From Eledone cirrhosa (lineage: Eukaryota): 64,000 nucleotides of DNA. Positions 1 through 12,873 of this stretch are shown here, piece by piece. Positions within the stretch are counted from its first letter, which is position 1. Each line of letters starts with the position of its first letter. Under the pieces are notes generated by a model, which saw only the letters and a program-made list of their open reading frames with translations, did no database searches and was not told where the DNA came from. The stretch spans positions 287,556,001-287,620,000 of the forward strand of contig OZ024740.1 of NCBI GenBank assembly GCA_964016885.1, written 5' to 3'. The translations under genes and the position numbers were made by a program.

Positions 1-127
1 TTAGCCGTCGAAACGGCTTGAGCTCAACTGTCTGGGTCTTACTGGTTCCTATTACCCACTCTACTACCCCAAGTATTGAGTACTTTGGTGCGTTATGGTC
101 CACCTGGTTCCTTACCCCATTTCCCTC

Positions 128-131
<4 letters not shown>
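1..131 (+). repeat. Fragment of a dispersed repeat (probable Penelope pseudo-LTR terminus) running into (TA)n
   Basis: Segments CTCTACTACCCCAAGTATTGAGTACT and TGGTGCGTTATGGTCCACCTGGT recur in reverse complement at ~45817-45844 and ~45404-45426. The Penelope assignment is inference. Confidence 0.4.
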
Positions 132-206
<75 letters not shown>

Positions 207-236
207 GCATATATATATATATACTATATATATATA
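132..236. repeat. (TA)n microsatellite
   Basis: Direct reading. Confidence 0.95.
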
Positions 237-291
237 CCGTCTAACCCATGCTAGCATGGCATGGAAGATGGACGTTAAACGATGATGATGA
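237..291 (+). mobile_element. RTE LINE extreme 3' tail with (GAT)n, inside (TA)n
   Basis: CCGTCTAACCCATGCTAGC...GGAAGATGGACGTTAAACGATGATG matches the 3' end of the RTE copy at 8587-8645. Confidence 0.8.
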
Positions 292-549
292 TATATATAT
301 ATACATACATATATATTACCCACCATTGCCCAGGTTACTGCTGTTCTTATTCAGATTAGTAAACAATAAATATGAAAATATGTTTTTTTATCTCATAATT
401 ATTTTAAGATATCTATATTTTATTAATAAAATATCAAAATTGTAATGATAATAGAATTTAGAAATGAAAATCTGTCAATCTTGAAGCACCTTAGGGTAAA
501 CAATATTCATTGTGTAATTTTTGGTTGGTGTCCAAATGAATAAATTGTT

Positions 550-1300
550 GCTCACACACATACATACGCTCTCACATACACTCACATACATATACTAAGA
601 CAGACATATACATAGCTTTGCACCTCATTTTTTTGTCAGCGCCACGTATGTATATGTATTCGTAGATGTGTGTGTGTATTTAATAACGTACATAATGAAC
701 ATGCACACACACACACTCACAGTCATATACATATTCATATACAAAATGTGATGTCATTGTGTTGTTTTCTATTGTTTTAATCCAAATGAAAATAAAAATT
801 ATCACACACACACTCTCACATACACTCACACACACATACTCTCACATATACTCACACATACATACACTCTCATGTACACTCACATACATATACTAAGACA
901 GACACACACACACATACACTCACACACACATACTCTCACATATACTCACACATACATACACTCTCATGTACACTCACATACATATACTAAGACAGACACA
1001 CACAGACATACACTCTCATGTACACTCACATACATATACTAAGACAGACACACACACACATACACTCACACACACATACTCTCACATATACTTACACATA
1101 CATACACTCTCATGTACACTCACATACATATACTAAGGCAGACACACACAGACATACATTCATGCACACCTATTACTTGTCTGCCATCACATATGTATAT
1201 GTATGTGTGTGTTTAATTCTTTGAGGTCTAACGTATGTAACAAACTCGCAAACACACACATACAGACACATACACACTCATATACAAAATGTGACACCGT
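550..1300. repeat. CA-rich compound tandem repeat (~90-100 bp units)
   Basis: Repeated block CACTCTCATGTACACTCACATACATATACTAAGACAGACACAC. Confidence 0.85.
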
Positions 1301-2087
1301 GGCGTGGTGGTGATTGTTTACTATAGTTTACTATAGAAAGATTATTTTTGGATAAAATGTTGTATTGTTTTAATTGAAATGAAAATAAAAATTACATGTT
1401 GACACTCCCGGGGTCCAATACTATTACCTTGTAAAATTTGATTTGATTTGGTCGAGCCATTTGCATAGGAAACAGACAGACAAATAATTTTATATCGAGA
1501 GAGATTACAGTACAATCAACCATGAAGTATCCCTCGCAACTGACAGCTAGATTATATTAAATTTATTTTTTTAAATTACTGAAGAAAAAATATATAAAGA
1601 AAATAAAGAAAAACAATAAAAAAAAATTAACATACCCATCCCCCCACAAAAAAATCACATTTCCTCTAAGAAATAAATAAAAAAGTATTTTCTAGTCTAG
1701 AGGGAGTGTTGAGAAGATACTTAAAGACTATAAATATTCACCCAAGATTCACCAAAGGTAGTAAGATACACCACACCTTCCATTGGAATGTTTTCTGTTT
1801 TTCTATTTCTTTTTCTTAAAAAAAAAACATTTGAAACCTTGAAATGCTGAGTCATGTGACTTGCCATTACTATTTACTTTCTGGCAGGAATTTTTTTGGA
1901 AAATGTCTTGTTTCTAACAACAGATAATAAATACTCTATAGACATTCAAGGTTTAAACTTAAAGAGACATTCTTGACATGACTCCAAAATATCAGAATGT
2001 GGTGGTGGCGGTGGTGGTGGTGGTGGTGGCAGGGCAATAATTTACGGAACTCTACAGATGAAAACAACTACCATCATTATTATCATT

Positions 2088-2305
2088 GGATTGGCAGTAT
2101 CAGTAGAGCGTCGGACACTTCGTAGCATAGAGTTATGGCCCTTTACGTCATGCGTTCAAATCTCACCATGGTTAGCTTTGCCTTTCATCCTTACAAGGTC
2201 GATAAAATAAAGTGCCAGTAATGCACTGGGGTCAATTTAATCGACCTTCTCCTCCCCTTCAAATTGCTGGCCTTGTGCCTAAAGTAGAAACAATTATCAT
2301 TATCA
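2088..2305 (+). mobile_element. tRNA-derived SINE (family A)
   Basis: A-box-like TGGCAGTATCAGTAG, B-box GTTCAAATC, body TTTGCCTTTCATCCTT..GTCGATAAAATAAAGT, (ATT)-type tail; more than 15 copies or fragments in the window. Confidence 0.85.
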
Positions 2306-3235
2306 CTACCACCAACAACAACAATGCCACCACAATCACCACCAACACCATCATAATCAATATCATCTTTATTATCACCACCACTGCCATCATGAGTTAC
2401 CATCATCATCCCTTTCATTGTCATTTCAACTACCATAATCTCCATCCCCATCCCCATCATCATTTTCAATATTTTCACATCAATTATTTCATGATGGCAT
2501 GGGTTGGACAGCTCTACTGTACAACATGTTGCTATTCATTTCAGTCTGTCTCTGAACTGTGAGACTCAGCATCAAGAGATTTGATATCAGCACTTCATCT
2601 TACATCCTTCTCTTTGACAGTGCAAATATCAATCTCTGAAGGCATGGCATACAATGGAAATTTTTCAACAGTCAGAAGAATTTACTTCAGACAAGATACT
2701 TATCTCTCAATGAAGCTGTTCACCAAAGCCCTGCCTCCAAGAGAGGTGGGGATTGCACTGAATGACACAACCCCAGCCCCTGCTTCAATGATGCATCCTT
2801 AGATTTAGAAAACAGAGTTTATAAAAATCGTTCTGAAATACATTCCTTTCATTAGAGTCCCCACCCAGAATTCTGAAACCTTCCACCTTTCCATCCAACC
2901 ACTCACCCTCCACCCAATTACTACAACCTGGCGATGGGCCTGAGTCCACCTAGCCACACCATTAAAAAGCAATTACATTGTTAAATCTAGGAAACACACA
3001 TTGACTTGAGAAACTGGCTTTGACTCCTTAGAAAAGAACAGATACATGTGATAGACTGGCAACCTATCCAGAAACATTTTTGTCTCTCATCTACTTAACA
3101 TCTTAGTAAATTGGAGAGAAACAAAGGCCTAGAGTACCACTACTGGTATTAACTGTAATGGTTGCAGGATGAAAAGCAATGTAGACAACAAATACACCTA
3201 CAGCAGATTTAAACCTACAGTCATGCCTGTATCTG

Positions 3236-3237
<2 letters not shown>

Positions 3238-3317
<80 letters not shown>
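3238..3317. repeat. (TG)n microsatellite
   Basis: Direct reading. Confidence 0.95.
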
Positions 3318-3321
<4 letters not shown>

Positions 3322-3329
3322 TTGTAAAA

Positions 3330-3530
3330 TTGGGAGTTTGATTCCCAAAGTGGGCAGTGTGTTGTTTTCCTTGAACAAGGCATCTTGTTTCACATTGCTC
3401 CAGTTCACTCAACTGTAGAAATGAGTTGCTAGGTTTGTTTTGCTGATGTATATGCAGGAAAAAAATCATGTCCTTGAGAGGGCTAAAAGGTCATGTTCGT
3501 GCCACCCATGTATGAGAAAAAGGTTAAGAA
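3330..3530 (+). mobile_element. CORE-type SINE fragment (family B)
   Basis: CCTTGAACAAGGCATCTTGTTTCACATTGCTCCAGTTCACTCA is shared with 6010-6075, 28720-28780 and 30610-30720. Confidence 0.6.
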
Positions 3531-3844
3531 ATGACAATTCTTGAAACCAAGATGTTTATGTATATATGTTCTTCTGGTTTTATTATTCTATAAATTTTCA
3601 CCAATAGAGAGAAAGAGCCAGTTTTTATCATAAACACAAGTCTCTTTCATTGGAATTTAGACAACATCAACTAGGTAAATGCATGTGTGTGTGCAGGTAT
3701 GGATGTTATTGTGTGTGGATCTGCATGTTTTGAGTTATGTGTACATATGCATGTTTCTGTATCTATACATGTGTATATGCAGTTATTACATGCAGAATTT
3801 CTTAAATGTTTTACATAGTTTTGCAGTTCCATTAATGGACTATA

Positions 3845-5000
3845 TTATAACTTCCTAACTAGCAGTGTTCTTCCAGGTTCTTTGAAGCCCAGCTTCTCAA
3901 GATTTGTACTGAGACAGTTAATAATGTTAAAGTGACAGTTTATGGTATATATATATATATATATATATATACATAGTATATGAATGATCACAGGTACAAA
4001 TCTAAAGGTATTGTCAGGGTGAAGTATCTGCAGATTTCTCAATAGTTCAGCATAAATGTTCTCCTTGTCACTGATTTTTTAGCATTATATTGACATCTGC
4101 TGGACAGCTGACTTCCACTAGGGTGCACACCTTCTTTTCTCAGTCCCATATCACTAGTTTGGTTGTGTTTGCATTTTATTTGGGTTTTGACAAGATTCCA
4201 CCAGTACTCTTTTATATTATGTATGCATATGTCCTTCACATTGCTGTAACTTTTATATGTTCATTGTCAGGGCTATCCTTTCTTCTGATTGCATTGAATA
4301 GTATTTTGGCCACTACATCATGCTTCGTAAGTAGATAGTACCGTGATGACATATTTGGACAGCTGCTTATGATATGGGTGACATCTTCAATGTTAATTCC
4401 ACAGTCTGCATCTGTTGTCACATCAAGGTGTTTTGTGCCTTCATCCCTATTTCTTTTGTGGATCAGGTATTTTGTAGTCATTTCCTGTTTTTGAATTTCA
4501 AAAGCATATCCTTTAAAATGAGAGCTAATATAGCAGTTGTTGATCCATGATAGATTACTTTGCTAACCTATATTATTCTCACTTTGGAGCTTCCTGGCAA
4601 TATAGCCATGCATGATTATTTTTGCAGTATTGCTATGCAACTTCCTTGCGTGTGAATTATTGGTTATCATGCAAATGTATTTCTCAAGGAGATCCTTCCT
4701 AACTCCCATGATGTTATCTCTCATGTAGACGGACTTGTTCAATAACTGGTAGTTCATAGATGTTGTTGGAGGGATATGATGCAACACTCAAATGCTCTCT
4801 GAACTGATGTTAAGTCTTTGCCTCCCTGTTTACATTTCAGGTAGAGGCCATCTCTGTCTCTATTGGTGTTGAAATTTCCGGTGCTGGTTAGGATTTTTCA
4901 GGGTTTTAACATCGATGGCTCAGACTTCATCTAGTGTCTAATCAAGTATTCCAAATGTTGGTGTAAAGACAGGCACAACAAACATATAATGGGCCATTGA
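3845..5000 (-). mobile_element. Degraded R4/Dong-clade non-LTR retrotransposon (RT C-terminus, zinc knuckle, restriction-like endonuclease)
   Basis: Translated pieces VPVFTPTFGILD, IEDVTHIISSCPNMSSRYYLLTKHDVVA, EYWWNLVKTQIKCKHN and FRFVPVII; many stops and frameshifts. Confidence 0.7.
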
Positions 5001-5069
5001 TTTATAGGGGTATATGTATGTATATTATGGGCCTGTGGAAAATATCCAGGATATTACTGAACACAACAG

Positions 5070-5240
5070 CACACCTACAGCAGATTCAAACTCACAACCA
5101 CGTGAACAGGTAACCAAATGAATATTTGATCCAATTGGCCTTCTCCCTTGGGCCATGACTGAAGTATGAACAGTACAGCCTTTGTTTTAAGAATAGATGG
5201 ACAGGACAGTAAATTAAGTTTGTCCCTTGTCAACCAATAA
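5070..5240 (-). repeat. Dispersed SINE-like repeat (family C); second copy at ~9140-9310
   Basis: Shared GATTCAAACTCACAACCAC...TTGGGCCATGAC...CAGCCTTTGTTTTAAGA...GGACAGGACAGTAAAT. Confidence 0.6.
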
Positions 5241-5811
5241 TAATCACTATTGATGGCTAAATACAAAGCATTGACTGACTGTTTATGTTTTGTGCCAGTC
5301 ACAGGTGACCCTTCTGGTGTCCTTGGTCCCGGTACTGTTGTTTGTTCTGCCAAACTGGGACACGGGTATCATGCCTCAGGAAGGAGATCTCCATAAAGGA
5401 ATGGTTGATGCAGCAAGTTGTTCACCATGACAATACTTTTGCCATTTGTTGAATGCAGATGAGATATACCATCCAGATAAGGGTGTAGAGTTTGTACCAC
5501 TCCTCTTTTTCCCCACATTTTTTTCTCATTCCTTTCTCCACCCCTTTCTTTTTGTCATGATATTGTAAACTTATTTTGAAAATTTGAAATCATTATTTAA
5601 ACTCAAAAAGGGATGAAACTAAAGAGTAGAGTACCATACAAAGCATAAACAGTTCAGCCATCACCTCTCCTACCAGGTCACTGATCCTCAAACAGGAGAA
5701 ATAGTTCATACTTTCACAAGCTTCTCCGCCCAAATAACCCAATCAAGCTCTCTTGCTTATTTTCACATTTTCACTTTCTTTTTCTCTCTCTACATATATA
5801 TATATATATGT

Positions 5812-6138
5812 ATCATCATTTTTCATTTTACATCCACTTTTCCCTGCTTGCAAGGGTGGGACGGGAACTGATTCTGGCTTGATTTCTACAGCTGGATGCC
5901 CTTCCTAACACCAAACTCATTTACAGTGAGTGCTGGGTGCTTTTTTGCCATGGCACCTGCACGACCACTTTGCAGTGGAATGATAGGGACTGGGGTCCCT
6001 ATCATCTCATTTCTACAGCTGAGTAAACTGGAGCAATGTGAAATAAAGTGTCTTGCTCAAGGAAACAACACATCACCCGGTCTGAGAATTGAACTCACAA
6101 CCTTTTGATTGCAAGGCCAATGCTCTAACCAGTAAGCA
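5812..6138 (-). mobile_element. Full-length tripartite SINE: tRNA head + CORE-like body + RTE-derived 3' tail
   Basis: Minus strand: A-box-like TGGTTAGAGC, B-box GAGTTCAATTCTC, body CTTGAGCAAGACACTT, then RTE 3'-UTR block and terminus CCCGTCCCACCCTTGCAAGCAGGGAAAAG..AAAATGA. A second, head-truncated copy lies at 28526-28781. Confidence 0.8.
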
Positions 6139-6439
6139 TATATATAAATGGAAAAAATGAAACGAAATTTCATTTCTCACATACATACTTATATATATAT
6201 ATATATGAATAAATTTAGTCCTTCATCAGTGATCTTCCAGCCTTCATTGGTATTTCATCGCTTTAAAGACCATATACCTCTGGTTGGTGCGAGCAACGGC
6301 TAAAGAAAGTCATTGGGACACGTAAATAGGGGGAATGAGCGAGATAGTAAACAAACAAAGATGGTAATGCAACGAAAAGTGAGGAAGAAGGAGTCAAGTC
6401 CCTGAAATCGATGAACATAAGTTCTGTGAAATCGTAGAC

Positions 6440-6675
6440 GAGAGAGAATAAAGATCATCCGACCTGGTCGAAATGCGAGTGAGGAAAGACCCCTTTCTCC
6501 GTATCTCTCACTTCCTTTTACCCCCTCTGCCAGTCACTCTCTCTGTTAGCCTCTTCCTCACACTTTCACTCACTCACTCTCTGCTACTCCCTCTCCTACT
6601 TTCTCCCGTTTGACCTGTGCAAAATTCTTTCCTCACTCGCATTTCGACCAGGTTGGATGGTCTTTATTCTCTCTC
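6440..6675. repeat. 50-bp inverted repeat (6440-6489 / 6626-6675)
   Basis: GAGAGAGAATAAAGATCATCCGACCTGGTCGAAATGCGAGTGAGGAAAGA and its reverse complement, 2 mismatches. Confidence 0.9.
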
Positions 6676-7408
6676 TTACCCTAGTTATTGTACTTTCTGA
6701 ACACCCACCTCCGCTGCTAATTCGGTCACCTAAGTAGCAGAAACTTTCTACTGTTTCTACAGAGCCCTCCCAGAGATTGGTGGTACTTGTTTCCTGTGGC
6801 TGTTTGCTGCTTGCTGTCCCAGCAAAGCTGCTGCATGTGAAGCCTACATTCTTAATTAAGCTTCCTGAGATCCCGCTACATCTCTTGTGTACCCATTGTT
6901 TGCATTTGGGCAGAGAATGGAGTTCCTACCTACACCTTTCCTACATACTGAGCAAGGTCATTTCCCTGAGGGGATCTGGGTTCTGTTTTCTCGTCTACTT
7001 ACAAGGACCTTAGTCTTTGTCAGGTTGACTTTGAGACCCTTTCTTTCTAGTCCCTGCTTCCAAGTTTGGAATTTATTCTCTAGTTCTACCATAGATTCAG
7101 CTATAAGTGCGAGGTCATCAGCATACAGGAGTTCCCATGGGCATCCGGTCTTAAACTCCTCCGTTATTGCCTGCAGGACTATGATGAACAGGAGGGGGCT
7201 AAGAACAGAGCCCTGGTGGACCCCAACCTGTACGCTAAATTCCTCGCTATACTCATTGCTAATCCTAACTTTGCTGACTGCTCCCCTATACATGGCTTGT
7301 ACCGCTTTCACAAGCCATTCATCTACTCCTAGTTTTCTAAGAGCCCACCAAATTACAGCACGTGGAACTCTGTCAAAGGCTTTCTCAAGGTCGACAAATG
7401 CCAGGTAA
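6676..7408 (-). mobile_element. RTE-clade LINE fragment (RT core)
   Basis: ORF 6958-7458: AFVDLEKAFDRVPR, GVHQGSVLSPLLF, LLYADDL. Confidence 0.92.
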
Positions 7409-8645
7409 AGTTTGTAGAAAGGAAAATAGAGCACAGGTGCCCTCAGGGAAATGGCCATGCTCAGTGTGTAGGAAAGGAGTAGGCAGAAATTCCATTTTAT
7501 GTCCCAAATGCAAAGTATGGGTACATAAAAGATGTAGTGGGATCACAGGTAAACTATCTAAGAACGTAGCTTTTATATGTGGCTGATGCTGAGGTGCAAT
7601 AAGTAGCAAGTGCCCACAGGATACGAAATCCTTCTATTGCCCAGATGGTTCTATAGAAATAGTAGACACTTTCTGTTACCTGGGTGACGAAATCAGCAGT
7701 GGTGGAGGGTGTTCTGAAAGTACAGAGTCAGAATGGAATGGAAAAAGTTCAGAGAGCTTATACCGCTGTTGGCACAAAAGGTTTCTCTCTAAAAATGAAA
7801 GGCAGATTGTATGATGCCTGCATACGAACATCAATGCTACATGACAATGAGACATGGGCATTGCGTGCAGAGGACTTGCGTAGACTGGAAAGGAACGAAG
7901 CATGCATTCTCCGTTGGATGTGTAATAGTAATATACATGAACGGCAAAGCATAAATGAACTAAGTGAGAAATTAGGAATAAGAGGGTTCAGATGCTGTTT
8001 ACTCGAGAGAAGACTACGTTGGTATGGCCATGTGATGCGCATGAAAGACGACAGCTGTATAAAAAAGTGCAGGGCGATCAAAATTGATGGTAGTTACGGA
8101 GTAGGTAGACCCAGAAAAACCTGGGACGATCTGATAAATTCTGACCTTACACACTTGCACCTCTCTAAGGCAATGTCACTGGACCGAGATCTTTGGCGCT
8201 ATGCAGTAAGACAGAAGACCCGCCTTGCCTATGTACAAAGCGAAATCTACAGTCAGTAGGCACCTCTTAACCAAATATACACCCCCAATCCACTACCCCT
8301 ATCCTCCCACTCCCACCAACACCACCCTCTCTCTATAAAGTTGGTACCACAACATCCAGTCCAAATAAATGAGATATCGAGATCGTGTAGGTGTCACGAG
8401 AAAAAAAATACTCACAGTCCACGCTGTAATGTGGTCGTGTAGGTAACACGGTAAAAAGTTCCCAGTTCCACACTGTAAATGTGGTTGGTGTTAGGAAGGG
8501 CATCCACCCATAGAAAGCCTGCCAGATAGTCTTATACGAGCAAGACACGGTCACCCGACCAACCTTGCCTCAAGTTGGCACAACTCCCGTCTAACCCATG
8601 CTAGCGTGGAAGATGGACGTTAAACGATGATATGATGATGATGAT
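7409..8645 (+). mobile_element. 5'-truncated RTE-clade LINE (RT C-terminus, 3' UTR, (GAT)n tail)
   Basis: GKWPCSVCRKGVGRNSILC, KGRLYDACIR, RRLRWYGHVMRM, GRPRKTW; tail AAACGATGATATGATGATG. Confidence 0.92.
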
Positions 8646-11242
8646 TGAACCTTGCTAACCTCATGATGTCTCTTCTCACTCATTTATCTCATTTTCTTCT
8701 TTCGAACATCACGATCGTGATGATGCTCATCATCAGCATATCTTTCTCTCTTCTCATTCCCTTATCTATCATCTTCCTCTCTTCTCATCCCCTTATCTAT
8801 CATCTTCCTCTCTTCTCATTCCCTTATCTATCATCTGCCTCTCTTATCTTTCTCTCTAAGACTTTTTCCATCTCTCTTATCTCTTTCTGTCTGCCTTCTT
8901 ACTTATCTCTCTTATTTTCTCACTCTCTTTTTCTTTCTTCTCAGTCTGTTACTCTCTTTCCCTCTCCCTTTCTCTCTCTTTCAGTGATACAGTCTTCTCT
9001 CTCTTTCTTTCTCTATTGAATTACTCGAGTCTTTATTTCTGTCTGTTTGTCTGTCTCTTTTTCTCTTAATTCTTGTTTCATGGTGTTTATCAAATTAGGT
9101 AATGTATAACATAATGTCCACACCAGAAACACAACAAAACTCCTACACTAGATTCAAACTCACAACCACATAAGCAGATAGCCAAACAAATACTTGATCT
9201 ATTCAGACTTCTCTGTTCTGTTAGCTTGGGCCATGACAGAAGTTCTAACAGTGCAGCCTTTGTTTTAAGAGTGAATGGACAGGACAGTAAATGAAGTTGC
9301 TCCCCTCTCAACTAATTATTATCAAATACAAATAGAAGTCATCTAAAAAAACTATTTATAAAATATCCTGGTTAATATCTGATACAAAAGTAGTTCATAA
9401 TATACAATCTGATAATTTTAAACAATATGGTGACAAAAATGGCAGTATTGGTAAAACATTTAATGATAAACATTGTGATATTTAGTTTAATACATTTGCA
9501 ATCTGAGTTCAAATCTTACCCTAGATCACTTTACTTTTTAACCTTTGAAGGTTGTTAAAATAATTACTGGGAGTTGATATCATCAACTCTACTGAAGCAG
9601 CTGGTGCTCCAGCATGACTACAGTTCAATGACTGAAATCAGTAAAATGATAAATGAATGCTACATTACAAAGTGAAATGATCATCGATCCTCTATCATCT
9701 CCTGGCACTCCACCAACATACATATAGACATTACTGAGAGAAAATATTTTAATTAAATTTTAATTTCATTTCTACCCAAATTTAAACACATAAGATTACA
9801 TCTTGGTCTCTGTAATCATTATCATTATCACAACAGGTCACATTTCCCTTAATTTACATCCTACCCTCTTGAAAAAGGAAGTACACATTAGATAATATGG
9901 TCATGGATACATTATCCTTTAAAACAAGATGGGGTGATCACAGCTGGAGTGTCATTGATCGTATGTCTGCTCAACAAGGCTAAACAACAACTACATCAAT
10001 ACCATCATTATCAAAACCACCACCACCACCACCATTATTATCATCATCATCATCATCATCTTCGTAACAGGAGCAATGGAGCAGCTGCTTGACTTGATAG
10101 AAATATCTCTTTCAAACCATATCGTATTGACTTTAGAAACAGGACACATTGGATAATGTGGTCTAGATACACTCTGAATAAAAGACAAGATGGACACCAG
10201 GATGTTTTTGGTCAAAGTCAGCTTCGTCAAAGCTGCACAACAAAAACAGCAACAACATCAGTAATGATGTCTAACATAGACAAGTATTTTAGGGGAAGAA
10301 TATAGTGGATTAATTCAATTCCTGTACTTGACTGGTAAATCTTTTGTCAACGCTTCAGAAGAATGAAAAGTAATGTGATTTGAACTCGGAATGTAAAGGG
10401 ACATAACTAGCATTCTATTGATTCTATCATCCATTACTTAGAGAAAGTATTATATAAGGCAAATAAATTATGATAATTTTTCCAGCATAAGCACAAGGCC
10501 ATATATTTTAGGGAAGGAATGTGATCGATTTTAGTTGTGATCCCTGAACCTAACAGTGAGGGTGCATGGCCTAGTTGTTAGGGTATTAAGACTCATGATC
10601 ATAAGGTTGTTGGCTCAATTCCTGGATTGGAGTTTCAATACTGTGTCCAATTCTTCTTCTGATTCTCTTCTCTCTGGAAGAAATTGGTTATGTTCAGAGC
10701 GGGATGAACTCCACCAAGTTTAAAATGCTCAAGACACTCCATGTCTCAGGACTGTGCTCTTAAGACTCCACCAGAAGCTAAAGTCCCTTTCTTTTGCTTC
10801 TTATCATTAAAACACACAACAAAAAAACACCTCCTATGAAATGCAACCTTGTAAGAGGCCAGCTAAACCTACATAGGTGTGAGTTATAAAAACATCAACA
10901 GTACTTAATTACAACTTATACTACTGACCCTCAAAGTGTGAAAATTGAAGTCATATTCAGAGGGATTTGAACTATGGAATGTAAAGGTGCTCTGTAATTA
11001 AATACCTCAAGGCAATTTGTCTGTTGGCACTGACATCCAACAGTAATGAAATAATAAATGTTCAATTTCATAGTCTCTTTCCCCTTCCATACCATCTACA
11101 ATCCACCCCCCGCGACCCCCACCCCTTCCAACAGCCACCAATCAGCACACCAAATACTATATCATATTCTCTAAAACAGTTTTCATCTGTTCACCAGATC
11201 ATATAACAGACATAGTTGAAATATTGCTGACAACTTCACCTA

Positions 11243-11525
11243 ATGTGTGGTGGTGGTGGGTGTTATGGTGGTGATGGTGGTGATGGTGTGGTGGTGGTTG
11301 TGGTGGTGAGTGTTTTAGTTGGTATTGCTGTTGATGGTAGTGATGATATTGATGCTGACACTGATGCTGTTGTTGTTGATGATGATGGTAGTGATGTTAT
11401 TGATGCTGGTGCTGATGCTGTTGTTGTTGTTGATGATGATGATGACGATGATGATGGTGTTGTTATTGTTATTGTTGCTGGTGGTGGTGGTGGTGGTGGT
11501 GGTGGCAGCGTTGGTGGTGTTGTTG

Positions 11526-11557
<32 letters not shown>

Positions 11558-12242
11558 GATAGTGTTGTTGGTGAGGGTGGTGTTAGTGGTGACAATGATG
11601 ATGGTCGTTGGGTGGGAGTGGGAACTATAAGGGTGATGGTGATGGTGTGGTGGCAGTGGTATTAGTTGTCATGGTGGTAACAATGGTAGGGTTGGAAGTG
11701 GAAACCATGAAGGTGGCGGTGTTGGTGTTGGTGCTTGGCTGGTGGCAGTGGCGGTGGTGTTTGGTTGTGATAGTGGTAGTGGTAGGGATTGTGGTAGTGG
11801 AATGGAGATGATGACAAGTTTGATGATTGTGGTATTGATAGTGGTGATGGTGGGGGGTGTAGTGGGAAGGAGTCATTAATTGTTGAGGTAGCAACAATGA
11901 TGTGGTGTAATGGTGGTAACAATGATGGTGATAGTGATGGTTGTAGTGATGATGGAGGTAATATTTGTTGGGGGTGGCGGTAGTGGTAATGGTGATTGTG
12001 GTGATGGTGGTGGTGGTGGGGGGGGTTAGTAGTGGTGACAGTGATGGTAATGGGAAGAAGGTTTCATGTTGATGGTGGGAATGGTGATTGTAATGATGAT
12101 GGCACTCATGACAGATATAAGAATGATGGTAGTGATTGTGGTAGTGATGATGATGATGGTATAATAGTAATGTGTGATGATAATGGTGGTGATGATGTTG
12201 ATGATGTTGATGGTGATTATTATCATCATCATCATCATCATC
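11243..12242. repeat. ~1-kb compound GGT/GAT/GTT trinucleotide low-complexity tract
   Basis: Direct reading. Confidence 0.9.
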
Positions 12243-12663
12243 ACTCGTCGACTACTGTCGAGATGATGGATCTCACTCTCATGCCCCAGAATTCCCTGTC
12301 CCCCATCGCAATGTTGTTACTGTTGTTGTTTAGCCCTGGGTATTTAAACAGTGGTTGTGATCAAGCAGATCTATGATTAAAAACCATGACCATCTCATAA
12401 TTTTCTTAAGTGCAAAGAACCTAAAACTACATTATCAAACGTCCTATTATAAGCCGGTAGGATATGATGACAAAATTTGGCTGCTATTTCTAGCAGTTCA
12501 AACGACTATGCAGAGGCACCCTTGTTGGCTCGTGGGGATATTGGAGTTACTATAGGTAAACTAGTAACTGATCACATCTGAATTATTGATCCTCATTACC
12601 TAGAAAGCCCATGAACATCACATTAGCAGGAAATTATCTGCTGAGTTGACTATAAAGGCTTAA

Positions 12664-12873
12664 CCCTTTAGCATTTAAACTGGCTGTAACCAGCCAGAAT
12701 TCTCTCACCTCTTTCTGTTCAAACCAGCCACTCATACTTATGTTAAAGTATTGTTCTCAAAATAAATAATATCAAAATCTCATAGATTTGATATTGTGTG
12801 AGATAATTATGTGAAATAAAATGTTTACTGTGAAAATACAATAGTATTATCGGGTAATAGAAATGCTAAAGGG
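12664..12873 (+). mobile_element. piggyBac-like MITE with TTAA target duplication
   Basis: TTAA|CCCTTTAGCATTT...AAATGCTAAAGGG|TTAA; related copies at ~25956-27091 (split by an RTE) and ~62263-62464. Confidence 0.8.

Noticed and set aside
1-20. Hammerhead at AGCCGT-CGAA-ACGGCT
   Set aside because: No CUGANGA half is visible within the window; it is only a hairpin.
7400-7420. Twin-priming inversion of a single RTE
   Set aside because: The two halves overlap by ~300 bp and differ in sequence, so they are not parts of one RNA.
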